64,000 nt of DNA, from assembly GCA_951406725.2 (NCBI GenBank), contig OX597829.1:29264001-29328000 (forward strand). Reading direction: 5' to 3'. How positions within the stretch are numbered: the first letter of the stretch is position 1; each line of letters opens with the position of its first letter. The translations under genes were made by a program, and so were the position numbers. Source of the DNA: Octopus vulgaris (taxonomy: Eukaryota). This document shows positions 39,876 to 51,100 of the stretch, one piece after another. A model generated the notes under the pieces. That model was not told the DNA's origin, did no database searches, and saw only the letters and a list, made by a program, of their open reading frames with translations.

Positions 39876-41149
39876 ATCATCATCATCATCATCAAATGCA
39901 TGAGTTACATACAGAGAGGATGGTATTATGAATCAATGTCTCTTTTGGAATGCTTTCTACACCTGGGTGCCTTCCTAATGCCCACCACTTTACAGAATGT
40001 ATTGGGTTCTTTTATTATGACACCAGTACTATTGAGGTTACCAAGTAAGTTGCAAGACAAGACCCTCAACTGAGCGGGAGTGTAGTATTGAGGAAGGGAC
40101 AGGAACAGATGTCTTGCTGTAAGAGATACCCCCAGTTGGAAAGGAAGATGAAGGTGAATGTCAAGGCACACCCTCAAGGTACAAGGTGGGTTTAAGAGAG
40201 AATAGGGACAGAGAATTGTAGATAAATGGATGAGAATATTCACAAGAATGTGAAAAGAGAATAAAGAAGGCTGGAGTTGGAAATAGAGGTAAATGCAGTG
40301 AATGGTAAATAGAGAAGATGTAATCAATGGTGAATCTCAGTTTTCAGAGGGAAGATAAAGAAAAATAGCAGGTCAAGGAAGTGGTGGTAAGTAGCAGTGC
40401 ACAAAAGGGGAGGGTGAAGAGCAACTGTATAATTAATTTGTAGGTAGCTGAGAATTGTGGGGTGGAAGGAGCAGGAAAAAGAGACAGAGCAGGGGTATGC
40501 AGGGTTGGAAATGGTGAATGATAAACAATGGTTGTGGTGGGGAGGTATCAATAGCAGATATGAGATCTTCAGGGGAAAGGTGTGTTCAATAAAAAATAAA
40601 GTGGCAAAGGATGATATTGGGAATGCAGGAGGAGTGACAAGGGAAGTGGTTTCCCAGGAGAGGGATAATGGGTAGCACAAAAAGGGAATGAAATATGTGT
40701 AGTTCTGCATCCATTTAATTACAGCAACCAAATAAATAGTGCTGGAGTGTTAGGAAGATGAGTTGTGGACAAGGCTTATGCATGGGGCATAGACATAAAC
40801 AACATGGAGAACAGTGGAAAGATGACTCAAGAAAAAACAAGCTCAAATGACCAAATGATCATCAGATGAGTGTGTGTGTGTATATATATACACACACACG
40901 TAGATGCATACATACACATGAAACATTCCTAACAGTACATTTGTAGCCTTTTGAGTAGAAGTAAATATATATATATATACACACACACATACAAATATAT
41001 AAACATATACACACACACACACATATACATACATATATAGATTCAGTTAAATTAGGCACGTAAGTTGAAGTACCAAGTCAGCCCAGTATTATAACTACTT
41101 GATATTATGCTGCTTTGATTATATGTATGTATGAGCATATATATATATA

Positions 41150-41702
41150 TCTATTATATAAATTCCGTTCTGTCTGTGTGTCTTCTCGGATCTCGGGCAT
41201 CCTCCATCCGATCGTGCTCAAATTTGCTATGTAGATACCGACGGTATCAGGGCGTGTATAAGTCTTGTAAAGATTATAAAAATCGATTCCAGGTGAGAAT
41301 GCGATTGATATAGCCGTTTTTGTCCTGCTTTTCTTCCATCAACCTGTACATAACTGCACCTTCCATTTTTTTGTGTTTTTGTACTGCTTAAAGGCACATT
41401 TCTTTCCAGCCAAACTTACTGTTTAAACCATGTTTGTGTTCTCCCAGTCAACAGCCTTATCATTACTGGTACTTTAAACTCTTTGGTTGCATATTTGTGT
41501 GTTAAAATCGTTTTTCTTTGGAACAGAAAAAAAGTCTATCTTTATTTCTTCTTTTGCTGGTGTCTCAAATTTAGGTTAAATTAATGTTTCTCAAAGGGGA
41601 GGTCTATGGGACGGTCGGGCAAGTTGTTTTGAGAAAATTTGGTTTAAATATTTGACAACTCTGCACTGTCCATTGGACGGGGAGGGGTGTGCGTTTTGCT
41701 CG
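41150..41702 (+). mobile_element. Helitron-like non-autonomous element
   Basis: Starts a|TCTATTATATAAA followed by ctgtctgtgtgtc and ccgatcgtgctcaaattt; ends CTCG|t with a short upstream hairpin (gtcca-t-tggac); no TSD; CpG-rich. Confidence 0.55.
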
Positions 41703-41865
41703 TATATATAAATATATATATACACACACAAACATACACGCACATACAGCCCAAACATACATATTTATATGTATACATATGAACATATGTTTATAGATAC
41801 ATGTACATATATATATGTATATCAATAATATAATAATATGTGCATACCATATGTGTGTGCGTGTA

Positions 41866-42680
41866 CAGGGTGCAGTGAATAAACTAAATACCACAGAAAC
41901 GAAAATAACACTGACATCTCATTTTAACAGATATATTTACCAAAATAACATAAAAATATCCTGCAATACTAAAGAGTAAATTTATTCAATAAAATTGCCA
42001 TTGGCTTCAACCATGGCCTCCAGACAACTTTGGAATCTCCTGCAACTCCTCTGGAAAATCTCCTTGTTTAAGTTGGTGAATGCTGCCATAATCCTTGCCT
42101 TCAGTTAATCTTTAGTGTTACAAGGAGTTTTGTTAGTCTCTTGCTCAACTGTGCCCCACACATAATAACCAAGGGGGTTGCAGTCTGGGGAGTTAGGTCG
42201 CCAGATATTAGGGGTGATGTAGTCACAGAAATTGTCTGACACCCATGACTGGGTTCCCCTGCATGTGTGGAATGGTACAGAGTCCTGTTGCTAGACATAG
42301 TGTCTTCCAGCAGCCACCCTCTTGAACTAGAGCAGCACTACCTCCTCCAGGCACTTGATGTAGGCCTCCATGTAGAGTCTGAGGCGGCGTGGGGAGAAGG
42401 ATGGAGGCATAATGTCACCATCACTAGTTATCACTCCAAACACCACGATGTTGACTGGATGTTTAATTTTTATCATTCTCAGTACATGTCCTTTGATTGC
42501 ACTGTCTGCAGATTAACACCCAAATACACTGAAATGTTCGTATTGGAGCTTCTGGTACAAATGCCAAGCGGTACAGCATGACATTTCCAAATTTCTAACA
42601 CAGTGAATTGTGTCATGGTGCTGTTTTTCTTACAGTGAAGTTGACTCTGGTAAGATCTGAACTCAATGCCACAGTTTTAT
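41866..42680 (-). mobile_element. Tc1/mariner element of maT/DD37D type, deleted
   Basis: Terminus ta-cagggtg; QQDSVPFHT and WRPNSPDCNPLGYYVWG motifs. Confidence 0.78.
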
Positions 42681-42829
42681 ATATAAATAATTATATACAT
42701 ACACATATATATATATAATTTTTCATTTACTTGTTTCAGTCATTAGACTACAACCATGCTAGGCACTGCCTTGAAGAATTTTAATCAAATAAACTGACCT
42801 CAGTTTAAGAAAATTTATTTTGAATGTGC

Positions 42830-43545
42830 TCTTAGTGTTTATTGCACCTATGCATCTGCCACAAAGTCTATTTTCTCTGCTAACCTTCCAGTGATTCTAC
42901 TACACCTCTTATGCGTCCAGTTTGCACTGATTACACTGTATGGAATTTCTATGAACACATCTTCCACAGATCTAACAGAACCATTTACCTGAAGGGATTA
43001 ATGTCTTGTCTGTTTTCCTGTTAACTTTAAAGGCCCTTTGATTCCAAGTTTTGCTTCCACACTTAGAATTTCATTTCTAATTCTGTAATAGCTTCAGCTC
43101 AAGAACAGGGTTATCAGTGTAGAAGAGTCCCAATTGCAACTAGTTTTAAATTTATCTGATATCATCTAGATGACAATGATAAATAAAACAGAACTGATAA
43201 CTGAACTGTGATTAACTCCTACCTGCACTATAAATTCATTGTTGTACTATTTTCTAATGCTCACCTTACCGATAACATCCCTGCACGTGGCTTGTATGGC
43301 TCTCGCCATTTATTCATCTACTCCTAGCTTCCACAACAACTTCCAAGTGAGGGAGCAAGCACCCTGTCAAAGACTTTCTCTAGGTTGATGAATGCCAAAT
43401 GCAGCAGTTTACTTTTAGCTAAATACTTCTCCTGCACAATAGTAATTTTCCCCAGCACAAAACAAAACTGCATCTCATCTAGGTTAACTTTCTTCCTAAT
43501 TAATTGAGCTATGGCTCTTTCAGTGACTTTCATAACCTGGCCTCT
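42830..43545 (-). mobile_element. RTE-clade LINE RT fragment (same family as 10330-12050)
   Basis: MKVTERAIAQLIRKKVNLDEMQFCFVLGK...LAFINLEKVFDRV. Confidence 0.85.
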
Positions 43546-43602
43546 GTAATTATTTCTAAGTCAATTAACTGTTTAATTACGAAGATGCTACAACCTGAGT
43601 AA

Positions 43603-44009
43603 CTATATATACACATACATTCATACAGATATATACACACATACATACAGATATACACACATATATACACAAATATATATATACACACATATATAAACAC
43701 ATACATATATACACACACATATAAACACATACATATATACACACACATATACACTCACATACATATATATACATGAATATATACATATGTATACACATAC
43801 ATGCATATATATACATATGTATATATATATACATGCATATGTGTATGTATAAATATATATATGTATGTATATATATATATATATATACATATGTATATAT
43901 ATATATATACATATGTATATATTCGTGTGTATATATCATGATATATATATATATGATGATGATGATGATATGTATATATTCATGTGTATATATATATGTG
44001 TATGTATAA

Positions 44010-44040
<31 letters not shown>

Positions 44041-44054
44041 TATGTATATATTCA

Positions 44055-44126
<72 letters not shown>
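43603..44126. repeat. Compound (TA)/(CA)/(TG) microsatellite block
   Basis: About 520 bp of alternating purine-pyrimidine repeats; source of many spurious YIYI ORFs. Confidence 0.95.
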
Positions 44127-44127
<1 letters not shown>

Positions 44128-44129
44128 CA

Positions 44130-45050
44130 CTTGCCCCAACTTAGAAATGTTTTCAATTGCAATTTAATACTGAGTTCCTACCAGAACAAAGCCAATGAAC
44201 CTGGATTATTATATAGCTTGTATGACTTGCATATTCCAGTTACCCTGAAATCCACTGGTGGCAAAATGTGTTTGGGGACAAAAATACAATCCTCACATTT
44301 TTGCACAATTCCCTCATTAGGAGGATACCCATTATCCAAAACCAACAAAGTTTTCAAACAATATTTCTTTCGCAATTGGGCAGAAACAAGTCTTAAACCA
44401 GGTTTCAAAAAGGAGTTTTGTCACCGTGCTATTTTACTGACTTATGTACAGCTGATAACCATTGGCTTTAGTTTAAAGTTGTCACCAGCATTTCCTACCA
44501 TTAAAATTCCTATTCTGTCTTTTGACACTTTATAATCAGGATTGGTATGATTGATTGATTTTAGTTTCAGCTCATGAGCTGTGGCCATGCTGGGGCACCG
44601 CCATTTAGAATGGGGTTTTTCCTTTTTTTTTTTTTTTTTTAAATCTTCCTCAGCAAGGAAAGTTTAAGGGAATACACTTCCATAAATAAAACAGTCTCAG
44701 CAACATGCTTTTTATAATGCCTTTAACAAGGATGGTGGATTTGCTTTAAATTCTTACATTGTATAAGAAGCCTTAAAAACTACCAGAGCTGCCTATAAAA
44801 ATTTGTTTTTGTTACTTCATTGCCCCTTTTCAAGATCAGTAGTAGATTCAAAGCTTTTGTTCAATGCTGTATCTGCTCTAATTAATTTTCAGTCTATTTC
44901 TGTTATCTTGTTCCAATTTCGAGTTAACCGCATTGCTAAGATGTAACCATCTGTCATTTTTTCTTATAATTTTCGGCTTACTTTCAAAGGGTGCATTACC
45001 ATTCCTTCGTCCAGTCTAAATGGGCACTAAAGTTACTTCCCTGAAATAAC
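44130..45050 (-). mobile_element. pogo/Tigger-like transposase remnant
   Basis: KTLLVLDNGYP...ILPPVDFRV resembles the Tigger LLILDNAPGHP...IQPMDQGV segment. Confidence 0.6.
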
Positions 45051-45190
45051 TTTACATTTTTGCAGTCATTCTCACCTTCGTTTTCCCTCTTCTCAATTAC
45101 TATACAGAAAAAAAATGTTCTAAATCAAAAAAAGAAGTGATGTCACAGAGAAAAACGGAAAAAAAAGGCTTCTACAACCAGCTAGCAGCG

Positions 45191-45204
45191 GTTGCTATGA
45201 CAAC
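45191..45204. promoter_or_regulatory. RFX X-box-like motif
   Basis: GTTGCTATGACAAC is an imperfect palindrome matching the X-box pattern GTTGCC-AT-GGCAAC. Confidence 0.4.
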
Positions 45205-47912
45205 AAAATAGGAGATTTAAATTTTTTCACATGGGATCATGTGGTATGGAATTTATCTCCTGTTAAGACAGGCTACAATAAATAAACCATGTAAATCAGG
45301 AATTATTATCAAGTCAGGGATTCCTGTATATGAATACGTGTGTGTGTACATACACGTATTTATAGACATATGTAAATTTCATATATATATATATACGTGT
45401 GTATAACTATATATACATACACAAATATATAGACATATGTATATACACACTCACATGTATACATATACGGATGCATATGAATATACATCTACATCTGTAT
45501 ATACTATATGTACATATACATGTAGGTACAAATGTATATAAGGACGCATGCTTATAGATATGTATATATACGCATTTGTAAGTATGCATATTATACAGAC
45601 ACATTCATATATATATATATTGCGTGCATATTATAAATATATATATATAATACATACGTACATGCAAACACACACATACACAATGTGATCACACCGTATC
45701 TTTTTGTCGTAGACGGTAACTTGAGTGGTAACAGACGGGGCATCTAGATTGAAACACTGCCCCAGAAAATGAATACTGATAATCATACAGCCCACACAAG
45801 CTAACGCCGTTTTGTGACAGCAAATGTCTGTAAATGTGTATGCGTGGATATAGTGTCAGCAAATAGAGATATTTAAGTACATGGAGGCACAAGAGTTTAT
45901 GTTTTGGTGGTTTTTAAATAACACAATAAATCATTTTCCCTCTAAACACTCACGTCCAAAAAAATAATGTTTTTATAAACTTCATTTCTTTTATAATGTA
46001 AGAAAAATTATAATTTTCTCTAGCCCATCCACATGTTCACAGATACACACATTGTGGATGTAAGGAAGAATTAGCTATTCCATCTACATTTATTTAATTT
46101 CTATTTCTACGTGTCGCTGCCACCCTCCTTCCACATATCAAAAATGTCGAACATTGATGATTCAAATAACCTACAAGAACGTGCAATGTCGAATTATTAT
46201 TATTAACTGAACTGAAAATAAACTATTTACCAACACATCATCATATAACACAGGCAGAGAGATATTTCGGCCATGTATTTGATGAAACAGTGGAAGGGTG
46301 AGATGAGAGAGAGAAAGGGAAAGAGGAAAGCAGAGTATGTGTGTAAGGGAGAGAGATGGAAGGGGGGGAGAGAGAAAACAGAAGTAGCAGCAGACAAAAC
46401 ATCGCCAGAAGAGCCTAATCCAATGCAACTAATTCAAGATGGCTTGAGAGTTTATTGGTTATATCATAGAGAAAGCGGGCATCAGTCAGTCTACTACATC
46501 CAAACTGTAACACCATCATAATAAATATTCGTTCCTTTTGACGAGGCATGACACTGAAAGTTAATTTGACTGTACAGTTTGAAACATAGGTATAAAAAAC
46601 CACAAACAAGACTATCATCTCTACTTAGGATAGGTGTTTCTTTCTCCTCCCACCATTAATTTCTTCCTTTTTTTTCCCTCCTTCTCCCTTTGCCAATCGC
46701 TTGGTTTATGAGAAAAGATTCATAAAGCACACTAAAAAAATCTACCGTTACAGAAAAAAAATACGTGCTGACGACAGGGCAATGACAGTTTGAAATATGA
46801 GATTAACTACAACTCCACAGTAGAAATAACAGCGCTTCTCTTCATCCATCACTCATTCCATATATATATATATATATATTTGGTATGACTAGTTGCCTTT
46901 AGCATTAAATCTGCAGTTGATCGTTAGAAAAATTAACATTCTGATTCGAAACACACCATGCCGTATAAAAAAAGTTACAATTTTCCTCTTCCATTTATTA
47001 AATTGTTTTCTCTCACATTTGTTTTAATATGGACCATAAAGCAAACTTGTCAGGTAGTGCTGATATTGAATCTAAGCTTATACACCACCTACATTTGCCT
47101 TTTTTTCTCTTTTTTTAAGTGTTCCTAGCTAAAGCACAGTTCAAGGCAAGAGCAGTCAGTCAGTTTGCACACCAGACTGGATCCTTCTTCGATCGAAAGA
47201 GACACACGTAATATAGATACAAAAGACAAAATATACCCTTCTGAATTTCATTAAGATAGTGTAAAAACGTTTAATCTTGTGGAATCGAAACATTCTCACC
47301 GTCTCCTACACAAATCTGCTTGAAATAATTCAATAACAATGGTGATAAACTGGACGGAAATTTTTCGAACGAAAATTAATGATTAATAAAAGAGAAATAT
47401 GGAAAGCTAGTTTTAGGGAAAACGTTAATATCTCTAAACGTGTGTGAGAGTACATATTTAAATATATATAATTCCAGATACATGTGTAAAATTTAAATCT
47501 GTTATTTTAATACAAAACAATGTGAATTACATGTGGTCCATATAATGTACATATAGCGATCAGAAAGGATAGCTCTCTAAATTTGCATTTTCCTCTCTTT
47601 AGCATAGATTATTTGTCCGCGAACGGAAATTTGAATGTCTTACAAAACAAATTAAAATGATAGTAGTTAAAGTGTGGGTGTGTGTTTGTCTTTTTAACAA
47701 GAAAATAGAAATGATCTGCACTGAACTAGCAATAAAAGGAATCACTGTGAATACACACATATGTACGCCAACTCGACTTTCTCTCTTCGACATTTAATAA
47801 CGGCACATCGTTTTAAGATTACACGATCCGACACGGATATATTATCAGTGAAAACTACATAAATATGACTTTTAGTAAAAGAGACCAAAAGAAAATGTTT
47901 TAAAACACTTAC

Positions 47913-47915
47913 CAT
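47913..47915 (-). CDS. ARID4B: ARID4 ortholog, start-codon exon (coding part is ATG only)
   Basis: Minus strand reads TCG TAA AAT TTC ATC ATG|GTAAGT: a consensus donor directly after an ATG, with an in-frame stop 4 codons upstream. A phase-0 join to the 17010 acceptor gives M-AGDEPP, matching the ARID4A/B N-terminus (MKAADEP). It lies in the CpG-rich, repeat-poor zone. A possible acceptor (ctcttttacag) would bound the exon at 47937. Confidence 0.7.
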
Positions 47916-48600
47916 GATGAAATTTTACGAATCAATTCTGTAAAAGAGTCTTAAATTTATAAAAAAAAAAAGCCTCCTTGACCCGTCTGTGCCTATCCAG
48001 CTACTATGCTGCTGCTTTCAGTTAAGCACGCTAAAGCTATATTCCACTTTCGTCGCCGCCCTTAGTAGCGGAGTGAAGATATTGTATTCAAACTAAAAAA
48101 AATATTTCTTCAATACAATCTACTTAAATGAACGGGGAAAAAATAAACTTGGAATAATCGGATTCATTTAAAATGGTCATCTTCGTTACTGAGAGGCCTA
48201 GTCCGTTAAACATTCTCATTATCTCGAAAGAAACATGAGTAGCTGACGAGAGCAGCCTGAACATGACAACTGTAACAATGCTGATTGAAAAGTAAGGGGA
48301 GTTAGATGTAAGTGTGAGTCAAGTGTAGGTTTGAGTAGCAGGTTTGGAGTGGAGTGTAGCTGTACGAAAGAGGTGGAGCATATGAATGCTCTGAAGTCGT
48401 TTACTTGCTTGTTGGTCTCGATTTCATCATTTAAATTGCAACCCAATGCGTTGTGTATTTTAATATACAAAACGCACAGCTCTCACACTCTTTGCTGTAT
48501 CGTAGATCGTTTGGCCTGCCTGTCTCGCGACAGGCCGTATCACTTAGTTATATTGGGGTCATTATGTAATTTAATAACTGATAAACATATGTAAACAAAT
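47916..48600 (-). promoter_or_regulatory. Probable ARID4 5' UTR / promoter zone
   Basis: Directly upstream of the ATG exon. No interspersed repeats and many retained CpGs (e.g. cgtcgccgcc, tctcgcgac) compared with the introns. TSS cannot be placed. Confidence 0.5.
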
Positions 48601-48961
48601 ACAACTCAAGAAAATGTGCGTGCATGTGTATATATATATATTCGTTTATTATCTTGTGTGTGCAGGCATATGTGTTTGTATTTGTGCGAGTTTTATTTGG
48701 AAATGTTATCTACTACATCTCTTAAGCTAATCCCTCAGGTTGGCGAAAGGTAGTAACTTGATGTAGAGTACTAGTTTGGTTACATACGTTATATAGTGTT
48801 GTTGTTGATGGTGTAGTATATGCCAACTCAAACTTAGTCGAGCTTGAAGGTATTAAGAAAATAGGGTGTAATATAACAAAAATGTGGTTATTGTTTCTAG
48901 CAGATCGAGTGGCCACGTAGAAACTCTTTCTTTGATGCTATATATATCTATGTACATATAT

Positions 48962-49130
48962 ACTGGCTACTTCTGGCTATTTCCTCATGTTGAACCGTTA
49001 ATCCCTCCTCTTAATCCGTAGGCTCGAAGCGTATCAGACTTTTCCATTCTTCCCGAGTGTTAAACTTAATACACCTGCTTTTTGTTACTACACCTGTCTT
49101 CGTCTTTTGTTCTCAGTAAATTTGAACTAC
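48962..49130 (+). mobile_element. Degenerate Penelope-like terminal-repeat fragment in TA-rich context
   Basis: ctcgaagcgt..gacttttccattcttcccgag...cacctgtcttcgtcttttg tail between TA runs; only a decayed GAAAC box remains. Recognised from recall of cephalopod repeats. Confidence 0.35.
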
Positions 49131-50799
49131 ATATATTTATATATTGATTTGCGTAAGATTGTTCATCCATAATATGTGGTAACGACTATGTTCATTGATG
49201 AATGTGCATCCCAACTTTGATGTGCTTGCTTCGGTTCGCAGACGGGACATGTAAATGCCTGGTTGAAAAGATCAAGTACTACTTTTAGCATACTTCTCTT
49301 GGTAGTGCTTTGTATCGTTTTCCTCCCTATCTTCAGTACCATTCCAACAGTGAGACTACCAAAGTGGATAGCCAGTAAGATATATTCTCCTCGTTTTGTA
49401 TTCTGCTAATCTTTGAACTGTCTCTTTGATACACCAACTAGAAATGATTATATGTTAAGTGCCACAGAGACAACAGAATGTTCCATGTGCTGTTCTAACC
49501 CATCATGGAAACTATAATGAAATATTTTGTTTTGTTTGAAACTAATAAAATATATGTAGTTGTGAAAATTTGAAAAAGTAATAACAAAACTACGAAAACA
49601 GAAGCAACACTATAACTTATATTGAATAAAACAGTTACGCGCTTAAAAATTGAAGTTCCACTACCGAAGCCGTTGCAAAAGCTTAATTTATAATAATAAT
49701 AATAATGAAATTATTGTATAGTGCTTGATTAAGGGCATCTAAGTTGGGGTGTCACCACTTCCCTTGGTGCCATGACAAAGGGAAAAGTATATACTCTATC
49801 ACATCGGAATAAAATGATTAACTCACTCTTAAAAATAACTTTATTCACACGAAAACTTTAAACGTAAGTTTAATTGTTAAAAGATTATGACCAATTACTG
49901 TATCTTCATTGTATTTAAAATTACATACTTGTGTGAATATGAATTCAAGTGTCTTTTATTAAGACAAATCTAAAACTCTCCTGAATCTACAATCAGCAAA
50001 TAAAATCTGTTTTGATAAAGTCAGGAATAAAGTCATAGAATTTTGCTTCACAGTTGTAATTGATTTTACTGTTTACAATTTTTACGAATAGCTCAATTTA
50101 CATTTTATGAACTGAGCCAAAAGCATTGGAGGGAGGCAAGGTCTTCACCCACAGTACTATATTTTATTCAATTTTTTTTTTTTATAAATAGTTAATAGAA
50201 AATTGACTTTTACATCTTCGTGTGACATTAGCTTTGTAGGGGATGCGAAAATTAAACATTTCATGGAGGTACGGAACAGAACAGATTGAGAACCACTGCT
50301 GCCCTAAAAGACCGAAGTTTCTCAAATTCAGTAAATGTATCACGGCTGCTATTGCGGCAGGTTAATTGCAGGCAAAATGCATTGTCAGTCACAATCGATG
50401 GTTGCAAGCAGCTAGCAGTTTATTTTAATATAATTCACCCCACTTATCAAGAAATCGATAGAATTACTTTATTTCAATTATACATTTAAATGGAAATTGT
50501 AGTTTTAAAATATCTAATGAAAATAATTAATTTAAACAGATATTTAAAGCTGACTTATAAAGTACAGTTTCAACTACAAAAAAGTTTTTCTTTTTTAAAT
50601 AGAGTTTACATCACACACGCACACAGGAAACAATTTACAAACACATGGCAGAAATGACAGACAAACTGTACGACGCAAGAAACAAACCTAAATATCAAAA
50701 TGTGAACACAGAAACAAATCTGTGCTTTTTAAACTAGAAAGAAGTTTCAACAAATAATTATTTTTACACTGGTTGAAGCGATGATCGTTATTAAATATC

Positions 50800-51100
50800 A
50801 TTTATCGGTAAATCACGTAACAGGAAGCTAAGTTCCTATTTGATTGAAAAATTACAGAGAAAAACAAAAAACACCACTGCAGACTGGTTCATCACATATA
50901 CAACATGTAACAGAAATAAAAACCAAGAGGATAATTGGTTAGAAATTAACAGATATGACCGAGCAGGTACGCGCATGATAATGTCTCGTTACTTCCGGTC
51001 ATAATGCTATGTAACAGGAAGTCAGCTGCAAAGCTAGAAGTCCCCGCCTTTACAGTGTCTCCTCTCCGCGATATTCTTTTCGTCTTTCACTTCGATTCGT
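50800..51100. promoter_or_regulatory. Candidate housekeeping-type promoter (ETS, GC-box, NRF1-like motifs)
   Basis: ACTTCCGG 50991-50998, CAGGAAGT 51015-51022, CAGGAAG 50821-50827, CCCCGCC 51042-51048 and ACGCGCATG 50969-50977, in a CpG-retaining unique segment. Confidence 0.55.

Noticed and set aside
40050-40840. Purine-rich block with 133-135 aa ORFs
   Set aside because: Low-complexity translations with no recognisable domain; probably a decayed retroelement that I cannot classify.
43530-44167. Many overlapping Y/I/C/V/M-rich ORFs
   Set aside because: They are translations of (TA)/(TG) microsatellites; the same applies to ORFs at 13725, 18568, 40843, 45407 and 59812.
48221-48252. Hammerhead-like boxes GAAAC-ATGA-GTA and CTGACGA
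   Set aside because: Only one nucleotide lies between the triplet and the CTGA box, so stem I cannot form.
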